Below, piece by piece: positions 33,001-40,880 of a stretch of DNA of 64,000 bases. The stretch lies in IMG/VR virus record IMGVR_UViG_3300022752_000018, positions 119,193 to 183,192 of that record; one strand, written 5' to 3'. Source of the stretch: a virus. Each line of letters begins with the position of its first letter. Position 1 is the first letter of the stretch. The notes beneath the pieces were generated by a model. That model ran no database searches. It was not told where the DNA came from and was given only the letters and a program-made list of their open reading frames with translations. The translations under genes were made by a program, and so were the position numbers.

Positions 33001-35230
33001 AGCTAGAGTATACGCTATAAATGCTATAGGTAATGGAGTAATAGGTGAGTCATCAGGTATAACTACAACAGGAACTGCACCGGCACAGATAACAAGTTTC
33101 ACTGCGGACCGTTCTACAGTTATTCCTACTAGTGGTGTTTTAGTATGGACAGCTCCTTCAAATGGTGGATCAGCTATAACTAAATATAGAATCAATATCA
33201 GCCCAGCAAATACAGCAGGTCAAACTTTTGTAGAAGTGGCTGATTCATCAGCCACGGTAACTTATTCACTAATGTCCCTAACGGCTGGAACTACTTATAC
33301 AGTAAGTGTAGCGGCGGTGAATGCTATTGGAACTGGTACAGCTAGTGCCAATAAAACATTCAAACCTGGATTGGCGCCGGCAACAAATAGTTTGGTAATT
33401 ACACCGATATTTGGTCACACAAATAATGTTAAGATTACTAGATTAAGTTGGACAAATATAATAGCTGGGTATCCAGCTACTAGCCATACTTTAAACGGAC
33501 CAGGATTTTCTACAAATCAAAACTATACTGGTGCTGCAACCACGGTAGACAGTGCTGCTCTTACTATAGCAAATGGATCCAGTATAACTTACAGTGTAAC
33601 GTCCAATAGTGATGTTCCCAATACTTTACTATCGACATTTCAAGTATCTACCATTTACACATTACCACCAGAAGCACCAACAGCATTAAGTGTATCTGTG
33701 AGTAATACTGTAGGCACAGCAACTTTAAGTTGGACAGCACCAGCTAATAATGGATCACCACTTACAGGCTACGATGTTGAGATATTAAACGCATCCAATG
33801 TAGTTCTTGGTTCCTTTAGTGCTGCTCTAGCTGCTAATGCTACAAGTCATACATTCGTATTAGGTTGGCAAAGTGCTGCCACAGTTTATAATCCACGTAT
33901 AAGAGCAAAAAATAGCTCACCAGGACTAAGATCAGATGTTAATGTAGCTGGCCTTGGACCTTGGGCTTCAACATCTTATACTGCAACAACTATACCAGGT
34001 GCTCCAGGAGCAGTTACAGCCACCGCGACTAGCTCAACAACTGTTAGCGTCACATGGTCAGCAGCTTCTAATAACGGTGGAAGTGCTATTACAGGATATA
34101 GAGTATATTGGGACGTTCTCTATAGGTCTTCTTTCCTGACCAGCGCCACTACAACTTCCTATACAGTCACTGGACTTAGTCCTGGGTCAGAAAATTTAAC
34201 TTTTGGCGTTGAGGCTGTAAACAGACATGGCGGCGGTACTATTACCAGTAGCGGATTTGTAAATATGCCATTAGAAAGAAAATCAGTTACAATCAACATT
34301 AGCACAAGTCAAAACAATTATGTTTTAGATACATCGAAAGTGACAGGATATATAACCGGTAAAACAGATGTGACAGTAAATATAGGGCTTGTTAATATAG
34401 GCTCTAGCTCTACAGGAGAACCAGCTTTTAAAGTTACAGGCTTCAATAACGGGGATACTATTGTTATTAATAATGGTGGAAGCATCGGTGGCGCAGGTGG
34501 TGCAGGGGGGACAGGCGGCGGCGTTACAATGTATTTGCCATATAGTTGGCTAGGTGGTGGCGACGCTCAATATACTTTTACAGCAGGTGGTAATGGCGAA
34601 AATGGTGGAATAGGTATGGCAGTGTACAACACATCGTCTGGTGTCACTTGGAGACCTGTAATAAATAACTCCGGATATATAATGGGTGGCGGCGCTGGCG
34701 GTGGTGGCGGTGCTGGCGTGGGAACGGGTCCAATAGGCCTCAAAGCACCTACTTATTATTCCGCTTTTGGTGGCGGAGGTGGCGGAGGTGGTCGTGGAGG
34801 CCAAGGTTTAGCTACAGGTAATGTAGGTGTGGGTGGTGGTGGTGCGGGTGGTGCGGGTGGTACTGCCAGCTGGTATGGTAGGTCTTCGACATATTCAGGT
34901 GCCTACACAGGACCAGCAGGTACAGCTGGGAGTACTTCCCCCCCAACAGACGTTGGGGGAGCAGGTGGTATCAGCGCCAATCCAAATCCACCAGATAATG
35001 TTAATGGCTATAACAACAGTGGTGGAGCTGGCAGCGGATTTCATTATCTAAACCAATACGCTACTCCTGCTTACCCTGGTAAAGCTTTCAAAGGTACTCC
35101 TATAATTGGGACTGGCAGTATTAGCATAGGTACCGCTGGTCTTGCTGGCACTAATGGTGCATATATTACAGGAAAAGTGACTGTAGCAACTAACACTGGT
35201 TTCCTATTGGGTGTGGATGGAAGAATATAA
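24032..35230 (+). CDS. Giant adhesin/fibre protein (3732 aa): FN3, C-terminal half of DUF1566, FN3, ~21 Ig-like repeats, ~7 FN3, Gly-rich gp38-like tip
   Basis: 'PAAEFCNNL...DWYLPSKNELE...YWTSTE...VRAVRR' near the N-terminus; Ig-like repeats that degenerate toward the C-terminus; terminal 'INNGGSIGGAGGAGG...INNSGYIMGGGAGGGGG' polyglycine segments. Confidence 0.85.
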   Translation: MPVPSQPTIGLAQAVGATSASVNFTAPADTGGLTILSYTATATPLTTGTNVTATLSQSGSGTIFITGLTPSTGYTFTIYATNADGNSLNSSSSNSTTTLPSLVFPAAEFCNNLVIGPNDDWYLPSKNELEIAYYNLKPTTSSNQTSSGIDPNAVPPRSTNYTTSLPARTNSATFQSSGAEAFNSNAGTYYWTSTETAPGTAIAQTFNTGDQSANNKVNTALVRAVRRALIPAGFTVASAPTLGTVTLSGNTATIPYNPPSSNGNCVISGYEAVSTVNSALKGSSTGPAAGSISISGLTLGVAHTFTVRARNLIGIGAASTPSNSVVLTAPVNIGTPTVSGTVQIGQSISVSNGSWSGTPVITFTYQWQRGSTTSSFTDITSNGIGSTYTLVNADFNNFLRCKVTATNSGGASSEFTAATDKVTALPPSNTGLPIINGTAIFGNTLNVTNGTWDGIPAPAFSYQWQRGANVSSFANISGATNSSYTVVMDDTLNILRCIVTATNAGGAVPQATSQIPNTGVIPAVPPANTAAPTISGTVFIGQTLTVNEGTWTGTATITYSYQWQKGTTDLSGATNKTYVIQFSDYNNTLRCIVTAKNPANNTTGVAANTVNTILVPPAPPVNTVVPLITGTVAVTNTLSCSPGTWTGTETITYSYQWQRGTSDISGATNSSYQVTLTDVGSTLRCVVTARNPATSIGVAKESANTIVVPPMVPRNDAVPTITVSNNGLYGAGLYGSTLTASTGTWFGTLPITYTYQWQRGTTDIVGATNSNYVIQIDDTLNTVRCVVKATNIAGNTSSTSANFPATGTIPSFAPINSVTPTITGTPANGNVLTVNSGTWIGTAPITYEYQWQRGTTDIPGETNINYTVVIPDTLNTLRCRVTAKNVASINGVQGFSANVPTTGVIAAVGPSNVVRPSISGAIEINGVLTADPGTWTGTVTILYTYQWRKGAPGGTLLPITGATNPTYTIQLADKFNVIDVVVTASNPGGSASRESLSTTTIPDAFPPQNVTLPVITGTVAFGGSVSVSNGTWSGTTPFTYSYQWQRGTTDITGATNSNYVIQVDDTLNTIRCIVRARNAGSSTGVTATSLSVPGTGTIAAIAPFNTVPPTISGTTAILSTLEAMPNTWVGSGTITYSYQWFKAPSGGALSPISGATNKTYQVVAADYNSSLAVTVTAKNVANPTTGVSAQTIQTVLVPPYKTVFDSPGPQITGTVAIGQTLTVDLGTYLGVPTPTITYQWQRGTNNISGATGSSYTVTSADYALQLRCVVTANNAGGTTVVNTNQTVPVPPQAPTVSAIPTISGTVAIYQQLTCLPGTWVGTPTPTYTYQWAVGGVNQGTASTYTVDFNDFDKTITCTVTASNLAGSASSTTAATIKVPGLTPSLTAAPTLTGTNQVFETLNTTSGTWFGTATIGYAYQWQRNGVNINTLPSPKTTQGTSNSYTLTAADYQATIRVIIYAFNTGGETSTTVTFSGQVLGKAPIITAIPTISGTVAPASTITASTGTWTAVPAITSYSYQWRADGVNISGATSASYTVALADIGKKLSCLVTATNSVGSIGEKTADTITVPNATAPSNTAGPTISGSFVLNGTVTATTGSWNGTPPITYTIQWYRSPADGSGVLGTGSNYIITMADTNQKIYARVIANNPGGTQQADSSLSGTIPAVAPTNTVAPTISGTAAYNNTLSVTTGTWTGSTGINYTYQWRVGTTNIAGATGSSYTLNYDQTNTTVNVQVTATNAGGSNTATTTNYPSSGVIPAIAPINSAPPTYEISPDATTYTDFSGSSTIRVGDVVRVKSPGTWVGSPTITFSYTWGNSDGTAISSPFPNALIVPDTSYGKTLVGKVTGTNPGGSTVYSTTLVTVVNQLIRVTTNPDMRKLVNSIEYFITSLNVGDVVRITSGDRAGFPTPTISMKIQALFSGVWTDIATNLNNGAYYTIPSNAYNTQVRVSVTATNAFETVTREFNPGVTVGPQNLAVVVAPSITLTSGALRPGGVLSWNAGTYSGTPQPNTFSVILQRLISGVSSDIATYTTSTGTYTIVNADYNSTLRIKATVGNGGVTPSITNDSQYTNNIGPLPIGNTALPTITTGTATTVAGDQKYSTTYNVSLGSWTGWPALSYTLSLYRGTTLITSSTGTSLSYQLTASDYQQTHYATVKATNAADSTGVTATSATTSAFNTTVSYTGSNPSITASGFDPSSILRDGQVIRVDQPLYTKIPAPTVTYQWRRGTTNISGATGSSYTVTASDIGSAINCVVTYSGTPTETRTTGNTATVQPALVAPSWTSTPDTPTGLTVQNTITLPTYTASGNPTPTITTTWQRAEAATPTSFSNVSGSSVTLVTADYGRYYRISATASNSQGSISYTSTSRQIGAKLAQPDAFTMSSDIAVPDINSSTASLTLSYSANAAKLNDPTPATYTETTTVSLHNYDDNNAQGLGSLVQSWSPSIRSNITSMTPNTWSLIVSPAHYGKVLKFVTSWTTGYGVVGGSGTTTLVTNRIVHGPAPTATMGWSTPIIIRVGDPAPVWYAVISYYPPQYGAVETKFFESKTIAATTWTVRNNTNTLAITDADIGLQLRGRITLTLPAMTYKAMNYSTGQVSSTTSTAPAWNVEGITQTVSVFDKAISTAGFTKPTISGNYLAGSVHTINAGTIPSYWHTMTLFLDMSNGTTITVGSANSGGQSSITMNWTAVAGTISTIRAVWYNKGGEGWANSNNINQVIITATAPGAPGVSIYIDMNWPGAEGRPTFVGTITAPSSNGGAAITSYKCDLYKNSGTYVSTQSTTGLSFANAGPFDRVTPYYFIVYAINIAGTGPGTTSNTVTTPATMPSLPTNVTVSSITDSSCTVSWTASSDTGGKPVTYNATIKLASNGQNVVGNDTTGTSISLSGLSRTTQYYAIVFPRNENNLNYLIGATSANFTTAAIVPRAPVVTVSGATASSYVASWTLADTGGSAITGYNIQNRSGGVNVGGSLTVAANITSVTISGLGANTTYTARVYAINAIGNGVIGESSGITTTGTAPAQITSFTADRSTVIPTSGVLVWTAPSNGGSAITKYRINISPANTAGQTFVEVADSSATVTYSLMSLTAGTTYTVSVAAVNAIGTGTASANKTFKPGLAPATNSLVITPIFGHTNNVKITRLSWTNIIAGYPATSHTLNGPGFSTNQNYTGAATTVDSAALTIANGSSITYSVTSNSDVPNTLLSTFQVSTIYTLPPEAPTALSVSVSNTVGTATLSWTAPANNGSPLTGYDVEILNASNVVLGSFSAALAANATSHTFVLGWQSAATVYNPRIRAKNSSPGLRSDVNVAGLGPWASTSYTATTIPGAPGAVTATATSSTTVSVTWSAASNNGGSAITGYRVYWDVLYRSSFLTSATTTSYTVTGLSPGSENLTFGVEAVNRHGGGTITSSGFVNMPLERKSVTINISTSQNNYVLDTSKVTGYITGKTDVTVNIGLVNIGSSSTGEPAFKVTGFNNGDTIVINNGGSIGGAGGAGGTGGGVTMYLPYSWLGGGDAQYTFTAGGNGENGGIGMAVYNTSSGVTWRPVINNSGYIMGGGAGGGGGAGVGTGPIGLKAPTYYSAFGGGGGGGGRGGQGLATGNVGVGGGGAGGAGGTASWYGRSSTYSGAYTGPAGTAGSTSPPTDVGGAGGISANPNPPDNVNGYNNSGGAGSGFHYLNQYATPAYPGKAFKGTPIIGTGSISIGTAGLAGTNGAYITGKVTVATNTGFLLGVDGRI

Positions 35231-35317
35231 CAGATTATAAATAATTTAAGGTATTTGATTATAAACTTTTACAGGAAATTATTCAAAAAGTAAATTTTTA
35301 TAATTGGAATAGCGACA

Positions 35318-35323
35318 TAAATA
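35318..35323 (+). promoter_or_regulatory. Late promoter core (caTAAATA); a second TATAAATA at 35236-35243
   Basis: Upstream of RBS AAAGGA and the ATG at 35339. Confidence 0.55.
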
Positions 35324-35338
35324 TGAAAAGGAATTATT

Positions 35339-35647
35339 ATGACATATAAGTTTAAATATACAATTTTATCTATTAGTGAGAATGAAAAAACTTTCGAAGT
35401 TCAATACGAGAGTGAGGGACTTAAAACTTATCGTATGAGTTTAATGTGTCCTTATGAAGGACAGTCACTTGAAGAACTAATTAAGCTAAGTGCTCCTCTA
35501 ACTTTATGGCAAATGGAAAATACACCTGTAATACTACCAGAAATCGGTCTTAGCGGTGAGTTTGACCCATCGGTAATTTCTGAACAAACAAATTCTAGTC
35601 AAAGTTTTGATGATGGGTCCATTGATATTCCTGTACAAGAGGTATAA
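35339..35647 (+). CDS. Hypothetical protein (fibre-associated position)
   Basis: 102-aa ORF with RBS directly after the giant fibre gene. Confidence 0.6.
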   Translation: MTYKFKYTILSISENEKTFEVQYESEGLKTYRMSLMCPYEGQSLEELIKLSAPLTLWQMENTPVILPEIGLSGEFDPSVISEQTNSSQSFDDGSIDIPVQEV

Positions 35648-35649
35648 TT

Positions 35650-36132
35650 ATGAGCATAGATTATAAAATATTTAAGATGTTTGATTACTTAATTTTACGT
35701 GGAACTATTCAAAAAGGAAATTTTTATAACTGGAACAGCGCACAAAATGGAGACTGCACATTTTATGTAGTGGGTGGTAAAGTAGATTTAACAGATGAAA
35801 TTACTAAAGATAGTACTATATCATTGAAAGCAGGAGATTTCCATCCTGCATATAGTTGGACAGGTTTATTCACAGGCGATGTAATTGAAGACTTTGAAGT
35901 ATGGAGTTGGCACCCTATTCATAATAATGATATTGTTATTGCACCTTTTGATGTGATTACAATGTCTGAACATGATACTCACACAATATTATTGGGTACT
36001 AACATATTTATTTGCAAAGGTATTGTATCTATAGGTGGACAAGATTTTGTAGGTCCTACTAAAGTTTCATTTAAAAGTGGTGATAAGGTAATCACAGCCA
36101 AAGAGAATTCTTATATTTTAAAATTTAAATGA
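35650..36132 (+). CDS. Hypothetical beta-rich protein, possibly cupin-like
   Basis: 160-aa ORF with RBS GAGG, tightly coupled to its neighbours. Confidence 0.55.
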   Translation: MSIDYKIFKMFDYLILRGTIQKGNFYNWNSAQNGDCTFYVVGGKVDLTDEITKDSTISLKAGDFHPAYSWTGLFTGDVIEDFEVWSWHPIHNNDIVIAPFDVITMSEHDTHTILLGTNIFICKGIVSIGGQDFVGPTKVSFKSGDKVITAKENSYILKFK

Positions 36133-36698
36133 AACATGCTAAAAAAATTTTATTACCGTTTGACATTCAAGAATTAATAGGTGATATAGATTCTATTGAT
36201 GATAGATACACTGATTCTTTTGGTAAATTTAAAACTGAATATAAAATAAAGCGTAGATTTGTTCCTAAAAAAATTCAGTTGAAAATTCTGAAATCATTGC
36301 CTTATGACCTACAAAAGGATTACCTTACATCCACAATTTCTGAAATTGGGTTGTTAGCTCCCCATGTACATATAACCGATAATTCTGTCATAAACTTCTA
36401 CATTAAAACCAATAAAGAAATAACTTATTTTTGGGATGGAGAAATAGTTCCAGATGATTATAACTCAATAGTACGTGATAACGGTAATGGTTATTGGACT
36501 TTGGCTACAGATAAATTAACCATTTGTGAATCATTTACTGCTGATCCTGGAGAAATTTGGATATTAAATACTCAACAGCCTCATTCAGTGACTTTTGAAA
36601 ATTTTGACTTTTTAAGTGTTTTAGATACAAGATTAGTTATTCAAATGTTTTTTAAAACTCCATTTTTAAAAATTTCTTCTTATTTTAATCAAGGATAA
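36129..36698 (+). CDS. Putative cupin/Fe(II)-dioxygenase-like protein
   Basis: 'APHVH' ... 'WILNTQQPHSV' metal-ligand pattern. Confidence 0.45.
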   Translation: MKHAKKILLPFDIQELIGDIDSIDDRYTDSFGKFKTEYKIKRRFVPKKIQLKILKSLPYDLQKDYLTSTISEIGLLAPHVHITDNSVINFYIKTNKEITYFWDGEIVPDDYNSIVRDNGNGYWTLATDKLTICESFTADPGEIWILNTQQPHSVTFENFDFLSVLDTRLVIQMFFKTPFLKISSYFNQG

Positions 36699-36709
36699 AG
36701 AAGTAAATA

Positions 36710-37390
36710 ATGATACCAATTTTTATAGGTTATGATCCACGTGAAGCTATTGTATTTCATGTTTGTTCAAATAGTATAATACGTCATGCTAGTCAACCTG
36801 TTAGCATTAACCCTTTAGCCCTTAATTTATTTAAGGACTATGAAGAAACTCATAAAGATGGTAGTAATGCCTTTATCTATAGTAGATTTTTAGTTCCTTA
36901 CCTATCAGAATTTAAAGGTCATGCTATCTATATGGATGGAGATATGATTGTAAAAGATGATATCGTAGAATTATGGAATCAAAGAGAAATAGGCTACGAT
37001 ATTCAAGTAGTCAAGCACGACTATAAAACTAAGATGCCTATAAAATACCTAGGCAGCAGAAATGAAGATTATCCTAGGAAAAACTGGAGTAGTGTAATAA
37101 TTTGGAATTGTTTTACAGCAGCAAATAGAATATTAACACCTGAATATGTTATGAAATCTACAGGAAGTCATCTTCATAGATTTGAATGGCTCAATGATGA
37201 TATGATAGGTGAATTACCTAAAGAATGGAATTGGTTACCAGACGAATTAGGTCCAAATCTTCAAGCAAAACTTTTACACTATACATTAGGAGCTCCTTGC
37301 TTTAAGGAATTCGCTAAAACAGAAATGGCAGATGATTGGACCGCTGAACACACTTTAGCTTTACATTGTCAACAAAAAGATCAACAATAA
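36710..37390 (+). CDS. GT-A fold glycosyltransferase (GT8-like)
   Basis: 'IFIGYDPRE', 'FIYSRFLVP', DxD in 'YMDGDM', 'YPRKNWSSVIIWNC', 'WNWL', 'LLHYTLGAP'; TAAATA at 36704-36709. Confidence 0.8.
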   Translation: MIPIFIGYDPREAIVFHVCSNSIIRHASQPVSINPLALNLFKDYEETHKDGSNAFIYSRFLVPYLSEFKGHAIYMDGDMIVKDDIVELWNQREIGYDIQVVKHDYKTKMPIKYLGSRNEDYPRKNWSSVIIWNCFTAANRILTPEYVMKSTGSHLHRFEWLNDDMIGELPKEWNWLPDELGPNLQAKLLHYTLGAPCFKEFAKTEMADDWTAEHTLALHCQQKDQQ

Positions 37391-37459
37391 ATAGTTCATA
37401 AACTAATTAATTACAAAATAAAACGCCAAATTATTATGAATTTTTGGTGAAAATATAAC

Positions 37460-38287
37460 ATGAAAAAAATTACAGTAAAAAATATAACATTTAGCAATAA
37501 TTTACCTATAAAAGTCATTGCAGGCCCCTGTCAAATAGAAAGTAAGGAGCATGCCTATCAAATAGCCGCAGAATTACTGCTTATTTGTCGAAATTTAGGT
37601 ATGGACTTGGTTTTTAAGAGTAGTTTTGATAAAGCTAACAGATCAAGCATAAATGGACAACGTGGTGTTGGTCCAAATATGGGTTTAGACATATTAAGCT
37701 ATATAAAATCTAAATTAGGTATACCTGTTCTCACAGATATCCATGAAAAAGAGCAGGCCAAGTTGGCATTGGCCAATGATATTGACATTATTCAGATTCC
37801 TGCCTTTCTTTGTCGTCAAACTGACCTATTATTGGCAGCAGGTGAGACTGGATTGGCCATTAACGTAAAGAAAGGTCAGTTCTTAGCACCACATGACATG
37901 AAAAATGTGGCAGAGAAGATAGCCAGCACTGGAAATGAACGTATTATGTTATGTGAGAGAGGATATACCCATGGATATAATAATTTGGTGGTGGACATGC
38001 GTAGTTTGCCTATTATGGCTGGGACTGAATACCCTGTTATATTTGATTGTACGCACAGCGTACAACAACCTGGAGGATTGGGTGCCTCTACTGGCGGGGA
38101 TCGCAGGATGGTCCCATATCTCGCCCGAGCAGCAGTAGCTACAGGTTGCTTATCTGCCGTATTCATCGAATGTCATGACGATCCAGACCATGCCCCCAGC
38201 GATGGCCCTAACATGATTAAGATGGAGGACATGCCCTACCTACTAAAAAGCTTAAAAGAAATAGACTATTTGGTCAAAAACAAATGA
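37460..38287 (+). CDS. kdsA: 3-deoxy-D-manno-octulosonate 8-phosphate (KDO8P) synthase, metal-dependent type
   Basis: 'IAGPCQIES', 'KSSFDKANRSS', 'QIPAFLCRQTDLL', 'NVKKGQFLAP', 'LCERG', 'DCTHSVQQPGG', 'APSDGPN'; Cys at the metal-ligand position. Confidence 0.95.
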   Translation: MKKITVKNITFSNNLPIKVIAGPCQIESKEHAYQIAAELLLICRNLGMDLVFKSSFDKANRSSINGQRGVGPNMGLDILSYIKSKLGIPVLTDIHEKEQAKLALANDIDIIQIPAFLCRQTDLLLAAGETGLAINVKKGQFLAPHDMKNVAEKIASTGNERIMLCERGYTHGYNNLVVDMRSLPIMAGTEYPVIFDCTHSVQQPGGLGASTGGDRRMVPYLARAAVATGCLSAVFIECHDDPDHAPSDGPNMIKMEDMPYLLKSLKEIDYLVKNK

Positions 38288-39198
38288 GAGTAGGTATTTT
38301 CTACTCCAGTATATCAAATATACACAAGGCTCTACACAAACAACACCTAATGGACAATTTTAAGCAGGGTGTAGTACTTTCAGGTGATGAAGCTATTGAT
38401 TTTAAAAGTAGAACACAAGTTATACAAGGCTTAGATGCTGGCTTTGTATTAGGTTATACATTGGAAAACAATTATCGAAAAAAAATCATAGATACTTTAA
38501 AAATAATCAAGGCCAAGATCATATTTGTGGACAGTAACATATTCAGCTATGGTGATAATTATCATCAATACCATAGATACAGTGTAAACAGCATCTATCC
38601 CACTGATGGGGAATATTTTTTAGGTGAAAACTTTAGTCCTGACAAGTTAAACAGGATTCTAACCTACCATAGAATACGAATCAAGCCTTGGAGATCAACA
38701 GGTAACCATATTTTACTATTAGGACAGAGAACCATGTCATGGAACATGCTTAATCGTAATGGTTTAGAGTGGATCATAGGTCAAGTGACTAGAATCAAAC
38801 AACATACTGATAGAAAAATAGTCATTAGGCTGCATCCAGGTGATAAAACTTATGACTTAGAGAATAGAAGAAGATTATCCAGCATATTTTTTGGATCTAA
38901 TGTAGTTGTCAGCAACAATCCTCATATCACACAGGATTTAACTGATGCTTGGTGTAGTGTTGGATATAATAGTACGTCTAATTGTGTCAGTGCTATTGAA
39001 GGTGTTCCTGTTTTTTTAGACGATCCCCTTAATAGTTGGGCTAGAGACGTATCATTTAGCAAGTTACACCTGATTGAAGATCCGCCTATGCCTGATCGAG
39101 AGAAATGGTTAGAAAAAATTGCTAATATACATTGGAATAATGATGAAATTATGACCGGAGTGTATTGGCGTCGTCTAAAATCATTTTATAAAATTTGA
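38284..39198 (+). CDS. Putative glycosyltransferase, capsule-biosynthesis-like (GT-B)
   Basis: 'HILLLGQR', 'IVIRLHPGD', 'VGYNSTSNCVSAIEGVPVF' resemble KpsC/KpsS-like proteins; paralog of 40007. Confidence 0.6.
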   Translation: MRVGIFYSSISNIHKALHKQHLMDNFKQGVVLSGDEAIDFKSRTQVIQGLDAGFVLGYTLENNYRKKIIDTLKIIKAKIIFVDSNIFSYGDNYHQYHRYSVNSIYPTDGEYFLGENFSPDKLNRILTYHRIRIKPWRSTGNHILLLGQRTMSWNMLNRNGLEWIIGQVTRIKQHTDRKIVIRLHPGDKTYDLENRRRLSSIFFGSNVVVSNNPHITQDLTDAWCSVGYNSTSNCVSAIEGVPVFLDDPLNSWARDVSFSKLHLIEDPPMPDREKWLEKIANIHWNNDEIMTGVYWRRLKSFYKI

Positions 39199-39989
39199 TA
39201 TTTTTTTATCTCATCTAAATAAATTTTAGTAAACTTTCTCGGGCCCTTGGCACACCATATATAACTATTTTTATTCATTTCAAAATCAACAAACTGCTTA
39301 TTCAATGGGGTTTTCTTAAATTTTTGAATTACAATATCCAAAGTTTCTTGATCTAGAAACCAATAAAATGTATCCTTGTCAAATTCTTCATTAATCAACT
39401 TGGAATGCTGTTTAATCAATTCTAAACTACCTTCAGTACCGGTATAAAAAATGGTACTGGCAAGATGTTGGATATAAGGAACATGTTTCTTGTGAGTTTT
39501 TTCAAATATGTGTATGTCAAAATTATTTTTAGGAAGCGCAAATTGTTTTCTTACTAAACTATCAGTATCTAGCATGATAACATAAGTTGGTTTAGACAAA
39601 ATTTGGTCTAATCTTATAAATCTAGCACAGGCGTAATAAGTTCTTACTAATTCAGTGCGTATTTTTTCTACATCTTCTCCGAGCTTGATCATTTTACTAC
39701 GTCTTCTACTGTATTCTGATTCAATAGTGTCAAATTTATAAAAATCATATGCTTTTGAAATTAGATCTTCATTGAAAAATTCATATGTAACACTAATTCC
39801 TATTTTTTTACATAAGCCTAAAGTTTCCTCACTGGGATTATAAACATGACAGTGTATAGGATAAGAAAAATTAGCTCTTATACTACTGATCAAAGGTTTA
39901 CCATAAATATTAAAGTACTTTTCGTCTGAAGCAATATAAAAAACAGTGTGGGTTGATTCAAACTGACCATGTAACTCAGGAATTTTCAT
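39186..39989 (-). CDS. Putative nucleotide-diphospho-sugar transferase
   Basis: DxD motif 'MLDTDSLVR', 'YACARFIRL', 'WFLDQETLD'; likely start MKIPEL at 39989, with minus-strand TAAATA at 39997-40002. Confidence 0.6.
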   Translation of the reverse strand: MKIPELHGQFESTHTVFYIASDEKYFNIYGKPLISSIRANFSYPIHCHVYNPSEETLGLCKKIGISVTYEFFNEDLISKAYDFYKFDTIESEYSRRRSKMIKLGEDVEKIRTELVRTYYACARFIRLDQILSKPTYVIMLDTDSLVRKQFALPKNNFDIHIFEKTHKKHVPYIQHLASTIFYTGTEGSLELIKQHSKLINEEFDKDTFYWFLDQETLDIVIQKFKKTPLNKQFVDFEMNKNSYIWCAKGPRKFTKIYLDEIKKYQIL

Positions 39990-40006
39990 AGTAAGGTATT
40001 TAGTAC

Positions 40007-40858
40007 GTGCGTATAGCCTATTTTCCAAAACAAACTGCTCACCAAAGTGAACCTATATGGCAAGCTTTCCTAAACAGTTGTAAATATTTTGGTATATATC
40101 CAGTTGAAAATAGTTATGATGCGGATTGTGCTGTAATTTGGAGTGTTTTATGGCGTGGCCGTTTGCTTTCAAACAAAAAAGTTTATGAAATTTATAGAAG
40201 TTCAAACAAACCTGTGTTTATTTTAGAAGTCGGCAGTTTACATAGAGGATCTACTTGGAAGGTCAGCGTTAACAATATCACCAAAGATGGAATCTATGCT
40301 AACGAAGAAGATTTTATACCTAATAGATTTAAAAAATTAAATTTAAGTTTAACAGAGTATAAATCAAACCCAAATAGGCCCATACTGATAACAGGTCAAC
40401 ATGATCAAAGCTTACAATGGACCTATAATGGATCATGTATTGATTACATTTATGAAAAAATACAAGAAATAAGAACAATAAGCGACGTTCCTATAATTAT
40501 TAGACCACATCCTAGAAACAAAATATTAAAAAATTTTGGAATTAATACAGAAATACAAATACCAATTATAATACCTAACACTTACGATCAATATGACTTG
40601 GATTTTAATTATCGAGCTGTGATTAATTTTAATAGCGGTGTTGGTATACAGGCTGCTTTACATGGAGTTCCTATAGTATGTGATCAAAGTAGCTTGGCCA
40701 GTGAAGTCAGTGTAGAACTCAAAGACCTACATTCGATACCCAACATAGATAGGCATCATTGGTTTGAAAAAGTTCTACATTCTGAATGGACACTTGATGA
40801 AATAGATCAAGGCATTCCATTGGCCAGGCTATTGAACAAACTAAATTTGACAAAGTGA
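40007..40858 (+). CDS. Putative glycosyltransferase, capsule-biosynthesis-like (GT-B)
   Basis: 'ILITGQHDQSLQW', 'IIIRPHPR', 'INFNSGVGIQAALHGVPIV'; GTG start. Confidence 0.6.
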   Translation: MRIAYFPKQTAHQSEPIWQAFLNSCKYFGIYPVENSYDADCAVIWSVLWRGRLLSNKKVYEIYRSSNKPVFILEVGSLHRGSTWKVSVNNITKDGIYANEEDFIPNRFKKLNLSLTEYKSNPNRPILITGQHDQSLQWTYNGSCIDYIYEKIQEIRTISDVPIIIRPHPRNKILKNFGINTEIQIPIIIPNTYDQYDLDFNYRAVINFNSGVGIQAALHGVPIVCDQSSLASEVSVELKDLHSIPNIDRHHWFEKVLHSEWTLDEIDQGIPLARLLNKLNLTK

Positions 40859-40875
40859 TTCTAATTTTATATAAT
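40847..40875 (+). promoter_or_regulatory. Sigma70-type promoter TTGACA-N17-TATAAT
   Basis: Perfect consensus directly upstream of 40881, at the head of the replication cluster. Confidence 0.85.
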
Positions 40876-40880
40876 ATGTT

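Noticed and set aside
18878-35051. Numerous 60-90 aa antisense or off-frame ORFs inside the fibre genes
   Set aside because: Expected shadow ORFs of stop-poor repeat coding sequence; no RBS or motif support.
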